From: an uncultured Verrucomicrobiales bacterium
GTDB taxonomy: Bacteria; Verrucomicrobiota; Verrucomicrobiia; Verrucomicrobiales; Akkermansiaceae
Assembly: GCA_937128235.1 (NCBI GenBank)
Contig: CAKZMG010000213.1
Span: 13,255 to 77,254 of the forward strand
Length of the DNA stretch: 64,000 nucleotides
Direction of reading: 5' to 3'
The notes beneath the pieces were generated by a model. That model made no database searches, had not been told where the DNA came from, and saw nothing but the letters and a program-made list of their open reading frames with translations. The position numbers and the translations under genes were made by a program. Positions 7,842-18,365 of this stretch are shown here, in pieces (positions within the stretch are counted from its first letter, which is position 1; each line of letters opens with the position of its first letter).

Positions 7842-8120
7842 TTATTTCACCTTCTTCATGAAAGGCTCAGGATTCGCTTCAAAGGCTTTGATGCAACTTG
7901 TACAACAGAATTTCACTTGCTGACCTTTGTAGATTTTGGTGTAGGTTTTCTTGGTCTCGCTGAGAGGTCTCTCGATGACTAGGCAGGTGTCCAGCGGGTA
8001 GGGTTTAGCCGCAGCTAGCTCTTGGGGGCTAGGCTGCGGAATGGAATTAGAAGCGCAGGATGTGACGAATATAGATAGAGCGATTGCTTGTATGAGTTTA
8101 AGTATGAGTTTATTTTTCAT
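7842..8120 (-). CDS. Small lipoprotein with YHS/TRASH-like metal-binding domain
   Basis: Lipobox VTSC; YPLDTC...YKGQQVKFCCTSC. Confidence 0.7.
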   Translation of the reverse strand: MKNKLILKLIQAIALSIFVTSCASNSIPQPSPQELAAAKPYPLDTCLVIERPLSETKKTYTKIYKGQQVKFCCTSCIKAFEANPEPFMKKVK

Positions 8121-8129
8121 AATGTGTGC

Positions 8130-8645
8130 TTAGGTTATGGCGTTAATATACATGAAGATCGACATGATTGCCATCGTTACATTTTCGGTGACGGCTACTG
8201 TGGAGAGCGGGACTTTGAGGGTGGTGCCGAGACAGGCACAGTTAGTGTTAAGTCCGGTGACGAGTGCGCGGATCACCCCGATGGCACCGAAACTCATGAG
8301 GATGAAGGTGGCGATGTAAATCCATAATGCTCCACCTGCTAAGTAACCCAGCGCGAGACCTAGCTCTAGGAATGGGTAGATGAGTCCGTAGGGGCGGCAG
8401 CGCATGGCGAGGAGGTCATATTTGGCGAATCCTTTCGCGAAGCCACTTACGTTAAATAATTTCAACGCTGCGAACTGAAGTAGGAACATCCCCATGAAGA
8501 GATGCATGAGTCGGCTAGTGCTGAAGCCCTCGTAGCGAGAGGTGGCTACAGATCCGAGTGCCGCCAATCCAATGATGGTGATCAGTGGTGCGTATTGATT
8601 TATGTTTTTGCTAAATTTTGAGGAATTCTTATCCATAGTTTTCAT
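8130..8645 (-). CDS. MauE/DoxX-family membrane protein
   Basis: LKLFNVSGF...YDLLA...YPFLELGL...CACLG; multiple TM helices. Confidence 0.8.
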   Translation of the reverse strand: MKTMDKNSSKFSKNINQYAPLITIIGLAALGSVATSRYEGFSTSRLMHLFMGMFLLQFAALKLFNVSGFAKGFAKYDLLAMRCRPYGLIYPFLELGLALGYLAGGALWIYIATFILMSFGAIGVIRALVTGLNTNCACLGTTLKVPLSTVAVTENVTMAIMSIFMYINAIT

Positions 8646-8690
8646 TTTGTTACCATAGATTCATGAAAGATCAAAGCGATTGAGCAGGTA

Positions 8691-9683
8691 TTGGCTAATA
8701 TGTCAGTGTTGAAGAAGCGCATTTTTAAGGTCAGTAGGATTCTGTTTGGGATTCTGCTTATTGGTGGGCTACTGGTAGTCAACTACATGGCGGTACAACT
8801 GGCGTCCCCTGCTCCATCGGACATTCCATCTGGCGCGGCGAAAATAATAGAAAACCCGGAGAGATTTGCACTGAGTGTTAGATCAGTCAATTGTCTAGAG
8901 GGCAAGGTACCAACTCTTGTGGTGGAGCCTACTTCAGGTGTCTCTGTGAAGGGAGAACTAGTGAGAAAACAACTGGCAGACAGAGGCGTAAGTCTAACAG
9001 CACCAGGAGTAATTAGAGGAACGGTGGTGATTTTGCATGGCAGGACGGGGCGTAAAGAAAACGGCTTAGGAATAGCTGAGAGATTTTGCGCTGCGGGGCT
9101 GAGGTGTGTTTTGGTGGATCTTCCCTCACATGGAGAGAGTCCATTAGAACAGGTGAAATTTGGCACCACCGAGTGGGAGCAGGATTTACCCTTTAAGGTT
9201 CTAACAGAGTGCGCGCAGAGGTTTCATTTTAGCACCGAAAATGTAGCGCTCTGGGGAATGTCGATGGGTGGAAGTTTTGCCGTTGCTGCTGCGGCGGATG
9301 CTGAAACTGGAAAAATATGGGATAGTGTTACAATCGTTTGTTCCTTTGATGCATTAGCTCCAGTGATCGAGAAGAAATGCAAATTTAGCTGGTTGCAAAA
9401 ACTTACCTCTAGGCTTTGTGAACTTCATGGTGGTGCGGATATCGATGAGGTGACGCCGGTAAAGTGGGCTGAAAAAGTGACTCAACCCGTTCTTGTGGTG
9501 CATGGGGATAATGATGAGCTCATTCCAACTGCTAGAGGTAAGTTTTTGTATGAGGGCTTTGCTTCTAGTGATAAGAAATGGGTGACTGTGGAGGGTGGAA
9601 ATCATGACAACATCCTGATCACACCAATGCCACTTTATGCTGAGATGGCGGAGTGGATATTGAGACATTTTAAGAGCTACTGA
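8691..9683 (+). CDS. Alpha/beta hydrolase
   Basis: HG oxyanion motif, GMSMGG nucleophile elbow, HGDND, GGNHD. Confidence 0.9.
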   Translation: MANMSVLKKRIFKVSRILFGILLIGGLLVVNYMAVQLASPAPSDIPSGAAKIIENPERFALSVRSVNCLEGKVPTLVVEPTSGVSVKGELVRKQLADRGVSLTAPGVIRGTVVILHGRTGRKENGLGIAERFCAAGLRCVLVDLPSHGESPLEQVKFGTTEWEQDLPFKVLTECAQRFHFSTENVALWGMSMGGSFAVAAAADAETGKIWDSVTIVCSFDALAPVIEKKCKFSWLQKLTSRLCELHGGADIDEVTPVKWAEKVTQPVLVVHGDNDELIPTARGKFLYEGFASSDKKWVTVEGGNHDNILITPMPLYAEMAEWILRHFKSY

Positions 9684-9700
9684 GATGGTTGAATTTTTTA

Positions 9701-9966
9701 TTTTTTTCACCACGAATCTGCACGAATTTTCACGAATGGTGCACGATGAAACCTTGACTGGTGATCTTTTTTGACCACGGAAGACACGGAAAAGACGGAA
9801 CCATTGCTATGAAACGAAACTTGGTTGATGAAACATTGTTTACATATTATCTGCAATAGTTTCTGAACGCGAAGAATAAGTTCCGTGTCTTCTGTGTCTT
9901 CCGTGGTCAAAAAAATGTTTCATCGTGCACCATTCGTGAAATTCGTGCAGATTCGTGGTAAAAAAA
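9701..9966. repeat. Nested inverted-repeat (REP/REPIN-like) element
   Basis: Arm A 9701-9752 pairs with 9917-9966; arm B 9767-9801 pairs with 9880-9915. Internal CACGAAT and CACGGAA submotifs; lies between convergent genes. Confidence 0.9.
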
Positions 9967-9975
9967 CATCCAGCT

Positions 9976-11964
9976 TTATTGCTCGTTGTTAAGGATTTCT
10001 TCAGCGAGTCTTCTGGCTTCGCGGATGAGATCTACGTCGGCTAGGTATTCGATAAAGCGCATGTCGGCTAGTCCGCTTTGATCAGTTCCGAGGACGTCTC
10101 CTGGCCCGCGCATTTTTAGGTCAGCTTCAGAGATTTTGAATCCATCAATGGTGTCCGCTAGAACCTGTAGCTTCTCCAGAGCCTCTGGGTTTTTGGCATT
10201 GGTGACGAGGATACAGTAGCTCTTGTGCTCTCCCCTGCCTATTCTTCCACGGAGCTGATGGAGTTGTGATAAACCGAATCTCTCTGCATCATAGATCACC
10301 ATGACGCTCGCATTTGGAACATCCACTCCCACTTCTATGACTGACGTAGAAACTAGGACTTGGCTGGAATTTTCACGGAAATCTTTCATGACCTGTTCCT
10401 TTTCATCGGCAGACATTTTGCCATGCACTAGTGAGACTTCATATGCTCCTAAACGCTTCTGCCACTTCTCATGCTCCACACTTGCGGCTCCTGCTTTTAG
10501 TGATTCACTCTCTTCCACGAGCGGGTAAACGATGTATGCTTGGCGACCTTCACTGAGCTTTTCTTTGAGGAATTTTGTCACATCACTCACCTTGGCTTTT
10601 GGGCGAACTCCAGTGATGATCTTTCCGCGACCTTTGGGGAGTTCATCGATCACTGAGACATCGAGATCTCCATAGATCGTGAGTGTGAGAGTCCTGGGTA
10701 TAGGTGTGGCGGTCATCACTAGCACATCAGGCATCACGCCTTTACGCACCAGTCTGCCACGCTGTTCTACACCAAATTTATGCTGCTCATCGATAATCAC
10801 TAAGCCCAAATCATCGAACGTATTTTCGCCATAGAGAAGTGCGTGAGTTCCTATGACGATCTGTGGCTTTTTGGACCAACTCATTTCCCCTTGTTCTTCT
10901 CTATCAGAAGTCGTAAGCCCTACTCTCACTTCTAGTGGATCCAGCCATTGGCGGAAGGTCAGGTAATGTTGTTCAGCCAATATCTGAGTGGGTGCCATGA
11001 GGGCGACCTGCGCACCGCTGTCTATGGCTAGCAATGCAGCACAGAGAGCTACGAATGTCTTACCAGATCCTACGTCTCCTTGGAGCATTCGGTTCATAGG
11101 TAGTGAGCTTCGCATGTCGTGGATGATCTCTTTGACGCAGCGTTTCTGAGCATCTGTTAGATCAAATGGCAGGCTCTGATAAAACTCGGTCAACAAATGC
11201 ATTTTCTGAGCCTGCATGCGTCCTTTTTGCTGGTGATATTTCTTCCTCCGTCTGGCTACTTCAAGCTGGAGTCTAACAAATTCCTCAAGCGCAAAATATC
11301 TCCTAGCAGCCTCCACCTGCTCCATCTCTTTTGGGAAGTGGACTTCGCGGTAGGCATCGATCCGTGGATAGCTTTCATCTACGCTAAATTCTCCGTTTAC
11401 AGAATCTGCATTCATTCCCTCTAAAAGCAGAAAAACAATCTCGCGCAATCTCCGCTGAGCGATCCCTGAGATATTTTTATACACTGGCACGATCCTCTCC
11501 ACATGCACACTCTCCCTGCTTTGCTCACCATCCTTGATCACTTCAAATTCTGGATGATCTACTACTAGCTTGCCGTTCACATCCTTCGGTTTCCCATAAA
11601 GGATGATTTCATGCCCCACTGCGAGGATTTTGCTGATGTAGGGCGCATTGAACCATCTGCAGGTGATGCTGTTTTCTCCAAAACCCACTTCATTTCCAGC
11701 CTGGATCACTACTTCATAGACCCCTTTCCTACCACCGAAAAATCTCCTTCCTGCATCCACCACTGTCCCTCGTAAACACACTGCTTCAGTGCTGGCTTGT
11801 GTGGGGAATGCATCGAATCTGCGTCTGTCTTCGTAGCGCTTAGGGACTCTATCTAACAAGTCTGCAACAGTCTCAACAGCTGCCGATGTGAGCGCGATAA
11901 CCTCCTTAGGAGCGAGCGCTCCTATCTCTGCAATCACATCATTCCCAGCCCAGGTCTCCATCAC
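9976..11964 (-). CDS. recG: ATP-dependent DNA helicase RecG
   Basis: OB wedge domain, QGDVGSGKT, DEQHKFG, MTATPIPRT, QLHQLRGRIGRG. Confidence 0.97.
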   Translation of the reverse strand: MMETWAGNDVIAEIGALAPKEVIALTSAAVETVADLLDRVPKRYEDRRRFDAFPTQASTEAVCLRGTVVDAGRRFFGGRKGVYEVVIQAGNEVGFGENSITCRWFNAPYISKILAVGHEIILYGKPKDVNGKLVVDHPEFEVIKDGEQSRESVHVERIVPVYKNISGIAQRRLREIVFLLLEGMNADSVNGEFSVDESYPRIDAYREVHFPKEMEQVEAARRYFALEEFVRLQLEVARRRKKYHQQKGRMQAQKMHLLTEFYQSLPFDLTDAQKRCVKEIIHDMRSSLPMNRMLQGDVGSGKTFVALCAALLAIDSGAQVALMAPTQILAEQHYLTFRQWLDPLEVRVGLTTSDREEQGEMSWSKKPQIVIGTHALLYGENTFDDLGLVIIDEQHKFGVEQRGRLVRKGVMPDVLVMTATPIPRTLTLTIYGDLDVSVIDELPKGRGKIITGVRPKAKVSDVTKFLKEKLSEGRQAYIVYPLVEESESLKAGAASVEHEKWQKRLGAYEVSLVHGKMSADEKEQVMKDFRENSSQVLVSTSVIEVGVDVPNASVMVIYDAERFGLSQLHQLRGRIGRGEHKSYCILVTNAKNPEALEKLQVLADTIDGFKISEADLKMRGPGDVLGTDQSGLADMRFIEYLADVDLIREARRLAEEILNNEQ

Positions 11965-11972
11965 AAATTCAC

Positions 11973-13691
11973 TTATTGAGCTGCTCGTATATCCCGTATT
12001 ACTACCTGGAGTGAGGTCACCCCTCGGAAAGTATTTCTATCGATAGTAAACGCCACATCCCATGGTGGGTCTGGCAAATCTCGCTCACCACCACCGAAGA
12101 AAATAGCATCATGCTCCACGACTCCCTGCCTCATAAATAGCTTCAAGTGTTGGTTCTTGAGCCTACGTGGAGCCTCCGTTAGCCACACTTGTTTACTCAT
12201 GAATAATGGTTGCGGATTCTTGCTGCCGAATGGTTGCAGTAAGTCGTAGCTATCTAAAAATTCTAGTGAAAGCTGCTCGAAATCAATCTCCGCATCCACA
12301 TAGATTCTCGGTGCGCGTTCAGCGGATGAAGTGGTCTCTAGCACATATTTCCCAAAGTCTTCACGAAATGCATCTAACTTAGATTCATCAATACTAAGAC
12401 CCGCTGCCATATCATGTCCACCACCTGTTATAAGATGCTCGTCACAGGCACGGATGGCACCGACTAAGCTCACACCTTCGACTGATCTGCCACTGCCTTT
12501 ACCCACACCATGTTCATCGATGGCTATGATAAATGTTGGTTTGTAGTAGGTCCGCATCAAGCGCGATGCAACAATCCCAACGACTCCTGGATGCCAGTCT
12601 CGCGAGCCAAGAACAATAACAGGATCATTCACTGGGTCAAATTTTTCTAACAACATCGCCATCGCTTCATCTCTGATACGCTTCTCAAATTGTTGTCTCT
12701 CGATGTTGAAATCATTGAGCATAGCACCGAGTTCCTTCGCCTCGTCCACGCTATCAGCCATGAGGAGATTGAGCGCTTGGTCTGGCTGATCCATCCGTCC
12801 AGCGGCATTGAGTCTAGGACCAATTCTGAATCCCACATCCATACTGGTGATCTGCCCCTTGAGGTCTGCTATTTGCTGTAGAGCTTTCAGACCGTAGTTA
12901 CTAGTTTGGGGTAATTTCCTCAGTCCGTGACGTACTAATAACCTGTTCTCAGACACCAATGGAACGATGTCTGAAATGGTCGCAACTGCAACCAGATCCA
13001 GGCATTCTTTGAGGTCGAAATTCTCGATCATCCGTTCTTTCAAAAGCGCATGAGCAAGCTTGAAAACCACTCCTGCAGCGCACAGGTAATGATGATCATC
13101 TCCTAACTTAGGATTCACCACCGCCACACAATCCGGGCTACCTTCTTCGCTCATTTCATGGTGATCCACCACGATGACATCGATCCCCTTTTGATTTAAA
13201 ATTTCTATCTCATGCAACGATGCGGTGCCACAGTCCACCGTGATCACCAGATCCACTCCACCCTTTTCTGGGTTATTATTTTCTATCTCTAACATCCGCT
13301 CGATAGCGAGCTCACTGAGTCCATACCCCTCCTCACCCCGCTTAGGAATGAAGTAGCTGGCATTTAGACCATAGGCAGAAAGCACACGGAGCATTAACGT
13401 CACACTCGTCACTCCATCCACATCATAGTCACCATAGATTAAGATTCTCTGATCCTCATCTACGGCTTGAAATATCCGCTCAACAGCAGCCTTCATATTA
13501 GGTAGATCGTATGGGTCGGAGAGGTTTTGCAGCTTCGGATTTAAGAAATAATCAATATCGTCAGAATCCTGGACTCCTCTCTGAGCTAAGAGATGCAGCA
13601 GGATAGCAGGAACACCAGCATGATCCGTGATCGCGGTCTCTGGGGAATCTTTTAGCATCCATTTTACTTCTGTATCCGTAGTCTCACTCAT
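11973..13691 (-). CDS. recJ: ssDNA-specific exonuclease RecJ
   Basis: GDYDVDG, TVDCG, DHH, GPRLNAAGR, GGGHDMAAG. Confidence 0.97.
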   Translation of the reverse strand: MSETTDTEVKWMLKDSPETAITDHAGVPAILLHLLAQRGVQDSDDIDYFLNPKLQNLSDPYDLPNMKAAVERIFQAVDEDQRILIYGDYDVDGVTSVTLMLRVLSAYGLNASYFIPKRGEEGYGLSELAIERMLEIENNNPEKGGVDLVITVDCGTASLHEIEILNQKGIDVIVVDHHEMSEEGSPDCVAVVNPKLGDDHHYLCAAGVVFKLAHALLKERMIENFDLKECLDLVAVATISDIVPLVSENRLLVRHGLRKLPQTSNYGLKALQQIADLKGQITSMDVGFRIGPRLNAAGRMDQPDQALNLLMADSVDEAKELGAMLNDFNIERQQFEKRIRDEAMAMLLEKFDPVNDPVIVLGSRDWHPGVVGIVASRLMRTYYKPTFIIAIDEHGVGKGSGRSVEGVSLVGAIRACDEHLITGGGHDMAAGLSIDESKLDAFREDFGKYVLETTSSAERAPRIYVDAEIDFEQLSLEFLDSYDLLQPFGSKNPQPLFMSKQVWLTEAPRRLKNQHLKLFMRQGVVEHDAIFFGGGERDLPDPPWDVAFTIDRNTFRGVTSLQVVIRDIRAAQ

Positions 13692-13783
13692 CGTGTTTGA
13701 AATGAGATCACTCTAATTGCTTTCTCATTTGTTAGAACCTAAACAGCATCTCCTCACCACTCAAGACACTTTCTGAAAATACG

Positions 13784-14437
13784 TCATTTAGTGTGTCTCG
13801 CATATTTGGCAGATTCGTAAAAACTTACCCCTAGCACTCCAAAATGTCTAGTTTCTAGCTGCTCCCAGCCTCGCTCTTGTAGATGTGGCTGATAGTTATA
13901 AATGGGGTGTTGCGCATTTCTCACAAACAGACGGAACACTTTGAGTGCGAAGAACCAATTTAGCTTTTGGAGTAATCTAATCAGTCCGTTCCTCTCAGAT
14001 TGATAGATGAAATCACCGATCACTAAGCATCCGCTCGCATTACATTTTTCTAACAGAGCGTCCAACATTTTCAGCATCTGTGGTTCAGGAAATACATTTA
14101 AGAAAAAATTACTCACCACTATATCATAACGCTCTAGGACTTGAGTGATGTCATCTAGGATAATCGTGACTCTTTGTCTTGTGCTGTCTGAAGCTTTATC
14201 TAAATTCTTTTGAAATTCGCCCAGCATACTCTGTGAAACATCCACCACGGTGACTTGCGCTCCCTGCTCAGCGGCGAGGATAGCCTCAGTTCCATGCCCA
14301 GCACCTACAAAACACACGGAAGCATCTGCGGTAATGTTGCTCGTAAAAGCATTCCTACACCTCGGAATCTGCCCAAGACTATAGCATTTACTGAGCAAAT
14401 CGTAATATTTAGAGACTGGTTTGTAGGAATCGGACAT
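13784..14437 (-). CDS. Class I SAM-dependent methyltransferase
   Basis: FVGAGHG motif I, VDVSQSML, YDIVVSNFFLNVF. Confidence 0.85.
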   Translation of the reverse strand: MSDSYKPVSKYYDLLSKCYSLGQIPRCRNAFTSNITADASVCFVGAGHGTEAILAAEQGAQVTVVDVSQSMLGEFQKNLDKASDSTRQRVTIILDDITQVLERYDIVVSNFFLNVFPEPQMLKMLDALLEKCNASGCLVIGDFIYQSERNGLIRLLQKLNWFFALKVFRLFVRNAQHPIYNYQPHLQERGWEQLETRHFGVLGVSFYESAKYARHTK

Positions 14438-14507
14438 CGCGGCGTGTTTAGTTAAGAAACATTTATAACTTGATTAATGGAAATAATCGAGGCAAACTGT
14501 TCACATT

Positions 14508-15506
14508 ATGAAATTGCTAATAATCTGGCTCATCTCATGTCTCACTGTTTTAGCGACCCCTGACTGGGCGAATAAGACGAACGAGACTTATCTCGGATCG
14601 AACGAAAAATTCTATGCCACCTTCGTGACTGATACGGATAACCAGGGTAGCTACTATGAATGGCGTGAGGTTAAGAAGTTTAACGAGTATTCAAAACAAG
14701 ATGGTTCGATCATTAACTCCACCATCATTTCAGACATCCTCTACTCGATCGATGCCAATCACAACAACCCGAACACTCAGCCAAAGATCACAAAGTCGAT
14801 AGAAAAGCAGAACAAAACGGTGCTACTTTCTACTGTGCTTACAAGTTACCACCTACCGCTCATGCCAGCTGAAAAGCGGGAGTGGGTCAATAGGCTAAGC
14901 TGGAATAATGGTAAAATCGTGCTCGATAAAAAGCTGGTTATCGTGAGCAATGAAATTCTTAAAGGACTCAAGATTCCTATGGATCTCATTACTCTGGAGC
15001 CTGTTCAGCAGGCAATTATCCAAGTGCATTCTGATGCAGAAAGTATTTATTTAGTGCTCAAAGTGGACACTGAAACAGACTTCAATACGCATGTGCTTCA
15101 CCTCTCTGAAGATATCACCAAGCAACTTCGTGATCGGATTAATCTACTTGAAGAATACGTATTTATTCAGTCATTCAAATCACTCCAGGATGCTAATGCG
15201 TTCGGGCTAGAGCTTATCAAGCGCTCTCAGGCAAAGAATTTTTATGGTTTAAATCCAGAGATCTGGCTCGCTAAAGAAGGTAAAGCAACTCATTATTACC
15301 TCCTACACCGTCCGTTAGAACTACCGATAGATCCAGAGCAGATTAAACGTCTGGATACGGCGACTGGAATCAATTCATCTACCATGAAGAGCACCCATTT
15401 CGTAGAGAAATGGATACCTTATGACCCCAATGCTAAGCCGCCTGTTAATGATGATGAAGAAGACGAGGAGATGCCAGAGGATCTGTTAGAGAAGCCTCAA
15501 GAGTAA
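14508..15506 (+). CDS. Secreted hypothetical protein with acidic tail
   Basis: N-terminal signal peptide, 332-aa ORF, DDEEDEE tail. Confidence 0.7.
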   Translation: MKLLIIWLISCLTVLATPDWANKTNETYLGSNEKFYATFVTDTDNQGSYYEWREVKKFNEYSKQDGSIINSTIISDILYSIDANHNNPNTQPKITKSIEKQNKTVLLSTVLTSYHLPLMPAEKREWVNRLSWNNGKIVLDKKLVIVSNEILKGLKIPMDLITLEPVQQAIIQVHSDAESIYLVLKVDTETDFNTHVLHLSEDITKQLRDRINLLEEYVFIQSFKSLQDANAFGLELIKRSQAKNFYGLNPEIWLAKEGKATHYYLLHRPLELPIDPEQIKRLDTATGINSSTMKSTHFVEKWIPYDPNAKPPVNDDEEDEEMPEDLLEKPQE

Positions 15507-15708
15507 TTTCTATCGAAGAACTCTAATTTCAAGTCTAGCCAACAATCAATAGAGCTGATTCATAAATCTTAGAATTAGGTGTGTCGCTGTCTTATTTAAG
15601 AGATCGGAGTGTGGTATTTTTGAAATTTTAATACTCTGAGAACTAACTCTAAGGAAGTGTGAAGTTCTGGCTTTTCTCTTCGTAGAAATTACAGAGGATC
15701 ACACCTGT

Positions 15709-18069
15709 ATGACATCAGAAACTATCCATCCTCCAGTCCCAATCATTTCGTCCCCTGCCCAGCCATCACCGCTAGACTTCACCGCTAAAATAGCGAAGGA
15801 GTTAGGAGTTCGAGATCAGCAAGTTGCTGCTACCGCTAAACTTCTCGCAGAAGGTGCCACCGTGCCATTTATATCACGCTATCGCAAGGAAGCCACCGGA
15901 CTACTCGATGAAGTAGCCATCACTCAAATACGTGACAGAATACAGCAACTCGGAGATCTGGAGCGGAGACGTGCCGCTATTATTAAGAGTCTCGATGAAA
16001 GGAAGCTGCTCACTACTGAGCTAAAGAAAAAAGTAGGCGATGCAGAGACCTTGACGCGTTTAGAAGATGTGTTCGCTCCCTTCCGCCCCAAACGCCGCAC
16101 CCGCGCAACGATGGCAAAAGACCGAGGTCTGGAACCTCTGGCTGATCTTATCTGGGAGAACGAAACTGATCCAGAAATGGTGATTAAACAATACGTAGTG
16201 GTGAATGATGACAAAGATGTGGCAGTGCCTACTCCAGAAGATGCTCTTGCTGGAGCGCGCGATATTCTCGCTGAGAGGTTTGCAGATGACGCTGAAGCGA
16301 AGTCTGAGATACGTGGGATTATTCAGAAGACCGGCACTATTTCATCCCGTGTGCTGATGTCCAAGGCGGAAGATCCAGCTGCGCAGAAATTTAAAGACTA
16401 CTTCGAGTGGTCTGAGCCGCTGCGTGATGTCCCCTCTCACAGACTGCTAGCCATGCGTCGCGGTGAGAAAGAAGGCTTCTTGTTTATGAGAATTTCTGCC
16501 GATGAAGAGACCGCGCTCAATGCTCTAAGAGACAGATTTCTCCCTGCATCACCTCTCAATGACCAACTCGAACTCGCTCTAACAGATTGTTATAAGCGAT
16601 TACTCTCGCTCTCACTTGAGACAGAATTTAGAATGCAGACTAAGAAAGATGCAGACGCTGAAGCAGTGCGTGTCTTTGCAGAAAATCTCCGTGAACTCTT
16701 ACTCGCATCCCCACTCGGGCAGAAACGCACATTGGCTATCGATCCAGCATTTAGAACTGGCTGTAAGACCGTGGTGCTAGATGCTCAAGGCACGCTGCTC
16801 TACGATTGTGTGCTCCATCTCACCATGAGCGTGGGACAAGCAAAAGAGTCCATCGCGCAGCTACGTAAGCTTGTGGAGCAGTTCCAGATCGAAGCCATCG
16901 CCATCGGAAATGGCACCGCATCACGCGAAGCGGAAGGCGCGGTGAAACTCGCTAAATTGCCATCCTCTATCCCCATCGTCATCGTGAATGAGTCTGGTGC
17001 ATCTATCTACTCAGCGAGTGAGGTAGCGCGTGAGGAATTCCCAGACAAGGACGTCACCGTGCGCGGTGCAGTATCCATCGGGCGCAGACTCATGGACCCG
17101 CTTTCAGAGTTAGTGAAGCTAGATCCTAAGTCCATCGGAGTAGGTCAGTATCAGCATGATGTGGATCAAAATTCCCTCAAGAGTAGCCTCGATGACACCG
17201 TCATTTCCTGTGTAAATGGAGTGGGTGTAGAAGTCAATACCGCCTCAAAACAACTCCTATCCTATGTCTCAGGATTAAATGCTTCCATCGCTGCTAACCT
17301 CATCGTTTACAGAAATGAAAACGGACCATTCACCTCCAGATCTGAGCTTAAAAAAGTGCCCCGACTTGGTGATAAAGCCTTTGAGCAAGCCGCGGGATTC
17401 CTCCGCATCCGTGGAGCTAAACATCCGCTAGATGCCTCATCCGTGCACCCAGAGCGCTACGCACTGGTAGAAAAAATGGCGAGTGATGCTGGCTGCACCA
17501 TTGAAGACTTACTTAAAAGTGAAGCTGCTAGAAAGAAGATAAATCTTCAAAACTACGTCTCAGAGGAAGTAGGTCTCCCCACGCTCAAAGATATTTTTGA
17601 AGAACTCTCCAAGCCAGGACGCGACCCAAGAAAGCAGTTTGAGTTATTCAGTTTTGCGGATGGAGTGGACAAGCCCTCAGACCTGGAAAAAGGAATGAAG
17701 CTCCCAGGTATCGTCACCAACGTCACCAACTTCGGTGCCTTCGTGGACGTGGGAGTGCATCAGGATGGACTCGTTCATATTTCCCAGCTTGCAGATCACT
17801 ACATCCAAGACCCAGCAGAAGTAGTCAAGGTGGGGCAGAAAGTCCAAGTCACGGTAACTGAGCTAGATCTTCAGAGAAATAGAATTGGGCTCTCAATGAA
17901 AGCAAACCCAGAGACTCAATCAAACTCTAGCAGTTCATCTAACAGAGGTGGTCAAAACAGATCATCTAACAGACCTCATCAGAGACAGAATCATAACCAG
18001 AAACCGCAATCTAACAATAATCAGTTAGGTGGGAATTGGTTCGATAATGCGCTGAAGAAAAACAAGTGA
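15709..18069 (+). CDS. tex: Tex-family RNA-binding transcriptional accessory protein
   Basis: GATVPFISRYRKE, AIDPAFRTGCK YqgF-like domain, HhH, C-terminal S1 (GIVTNVTNFGAFVDVGVHQDGLVHIS). Confidence 0.96.
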   Translation: MTSETIHPPVPIISSPAQPSPLDFTAKIAKELGVRDQQVAATAKLLAEGATVPFISRYRKEATGLLDEVAITQIRDRIQQLGDLERRRAAIIKSLDERKLLTTELKKKVGDAETLTRLEDVFAPFRPKRRTRATMAKDRGLEPLADLIWENETDPEMVIKQYVVVNDDKDVAVPTPEDALAGARDILAERFADDAEAKSEIRGIIQKTGTISSRVLMSKAEDPAAQKFKDYFEWSEPLRDVPSHRLLAMRRGEKEGFLFMRISADEETALNALRDRFLPASPLNDQLELALTDCYKRLLSLSLETEFRMQTKKDADAEAVRVFAENLRELLLASPLGQKRTLAIDPAFRTGCKTVVLDAQGTLLYDCVLHLTMSVGQAKESIAQLRKLVEQFQIEAIAIGNGTASREAEGAVKLAKLPSSIPIVIVNESGASIYSASEVAREEFPDKDVTVRGAVSIGRRLMDPLSELVKLDPKSIGVGQYQHDVDQNSLKSSLDDTVISCVNGVGVEVNTASKQLLSYVSGLNASIAANLIVYRNENGPFTSRSELKKVPRLGDKAFEQAAGFLRIRGAKHPLDASSVHPERYALVEKMASDAGCTIEDLLKSEAARKKINLQNYVSEEVGLPTLKDIFEELSKPGRDPRKQFELFSFADGVDKPSDLEKGMKLPGIVTNVTNFGAFVDVGVHQDGLVHISQLADHYIQDPAEVVKVGQKVQVTVTELDLQRNRIGLSMKANPETQSNSSSSSNRGGQNRSSNRPHQRQNHNQKPQSNNNQLGGNWFDNALKKNK

Positions 18070-18083
18070 TCGGTTCGCTGAAG

Positions 18084-18350
18084 TTAAAATTTCCCTATCA
18101 TCGCTAACACAAAAAAGATGAAACCGAAAATGATCGTGCTTTGACCGAAGCATAGGTTGGCGTAGTCTCTCCAGCTTCCCCAGAATATGATCTGGGGAAC
18201 AACTACGAGGATGCTTAGGATTACCGCAGCCATCATACAGCAAAGGCGGTAGTCGCGGTTCAGCTGAATCACATCACTCAGCAAGTGACCGATCAACCAC
18301 GCGATGGCTACCAGAACGATAATGCAAACTATGTTCCCTAAGAGCTTCAT
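18084..18350 (-). CDS. Small membrane protein
   Basis: Three hydrophobic helices; 15 bp downstream of suhB on the same strand. Confidence 0.6.
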   Translation of the reverse strand: MKLLGNIVCIIVLVAIAWLIGHLLSDVIQLNRDYRLCCMMAAVILSILVVVPQIIFWGSWRDYANLCFGQSTIIFGFIFFVLAMIGKF

Positions 18351-18365
18351 GGAGAAATTCTGATA

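Noticed and set aside
9707-9910. 67-aa ORF MTTEDTEDTE
   Set aside because: By-product of the palindromic repeat sequence
9701-9966. CRISPR array
   Set aside because: Units are inverted and 7-10 bp periodic, with no repeat-spacer series and no cas genes
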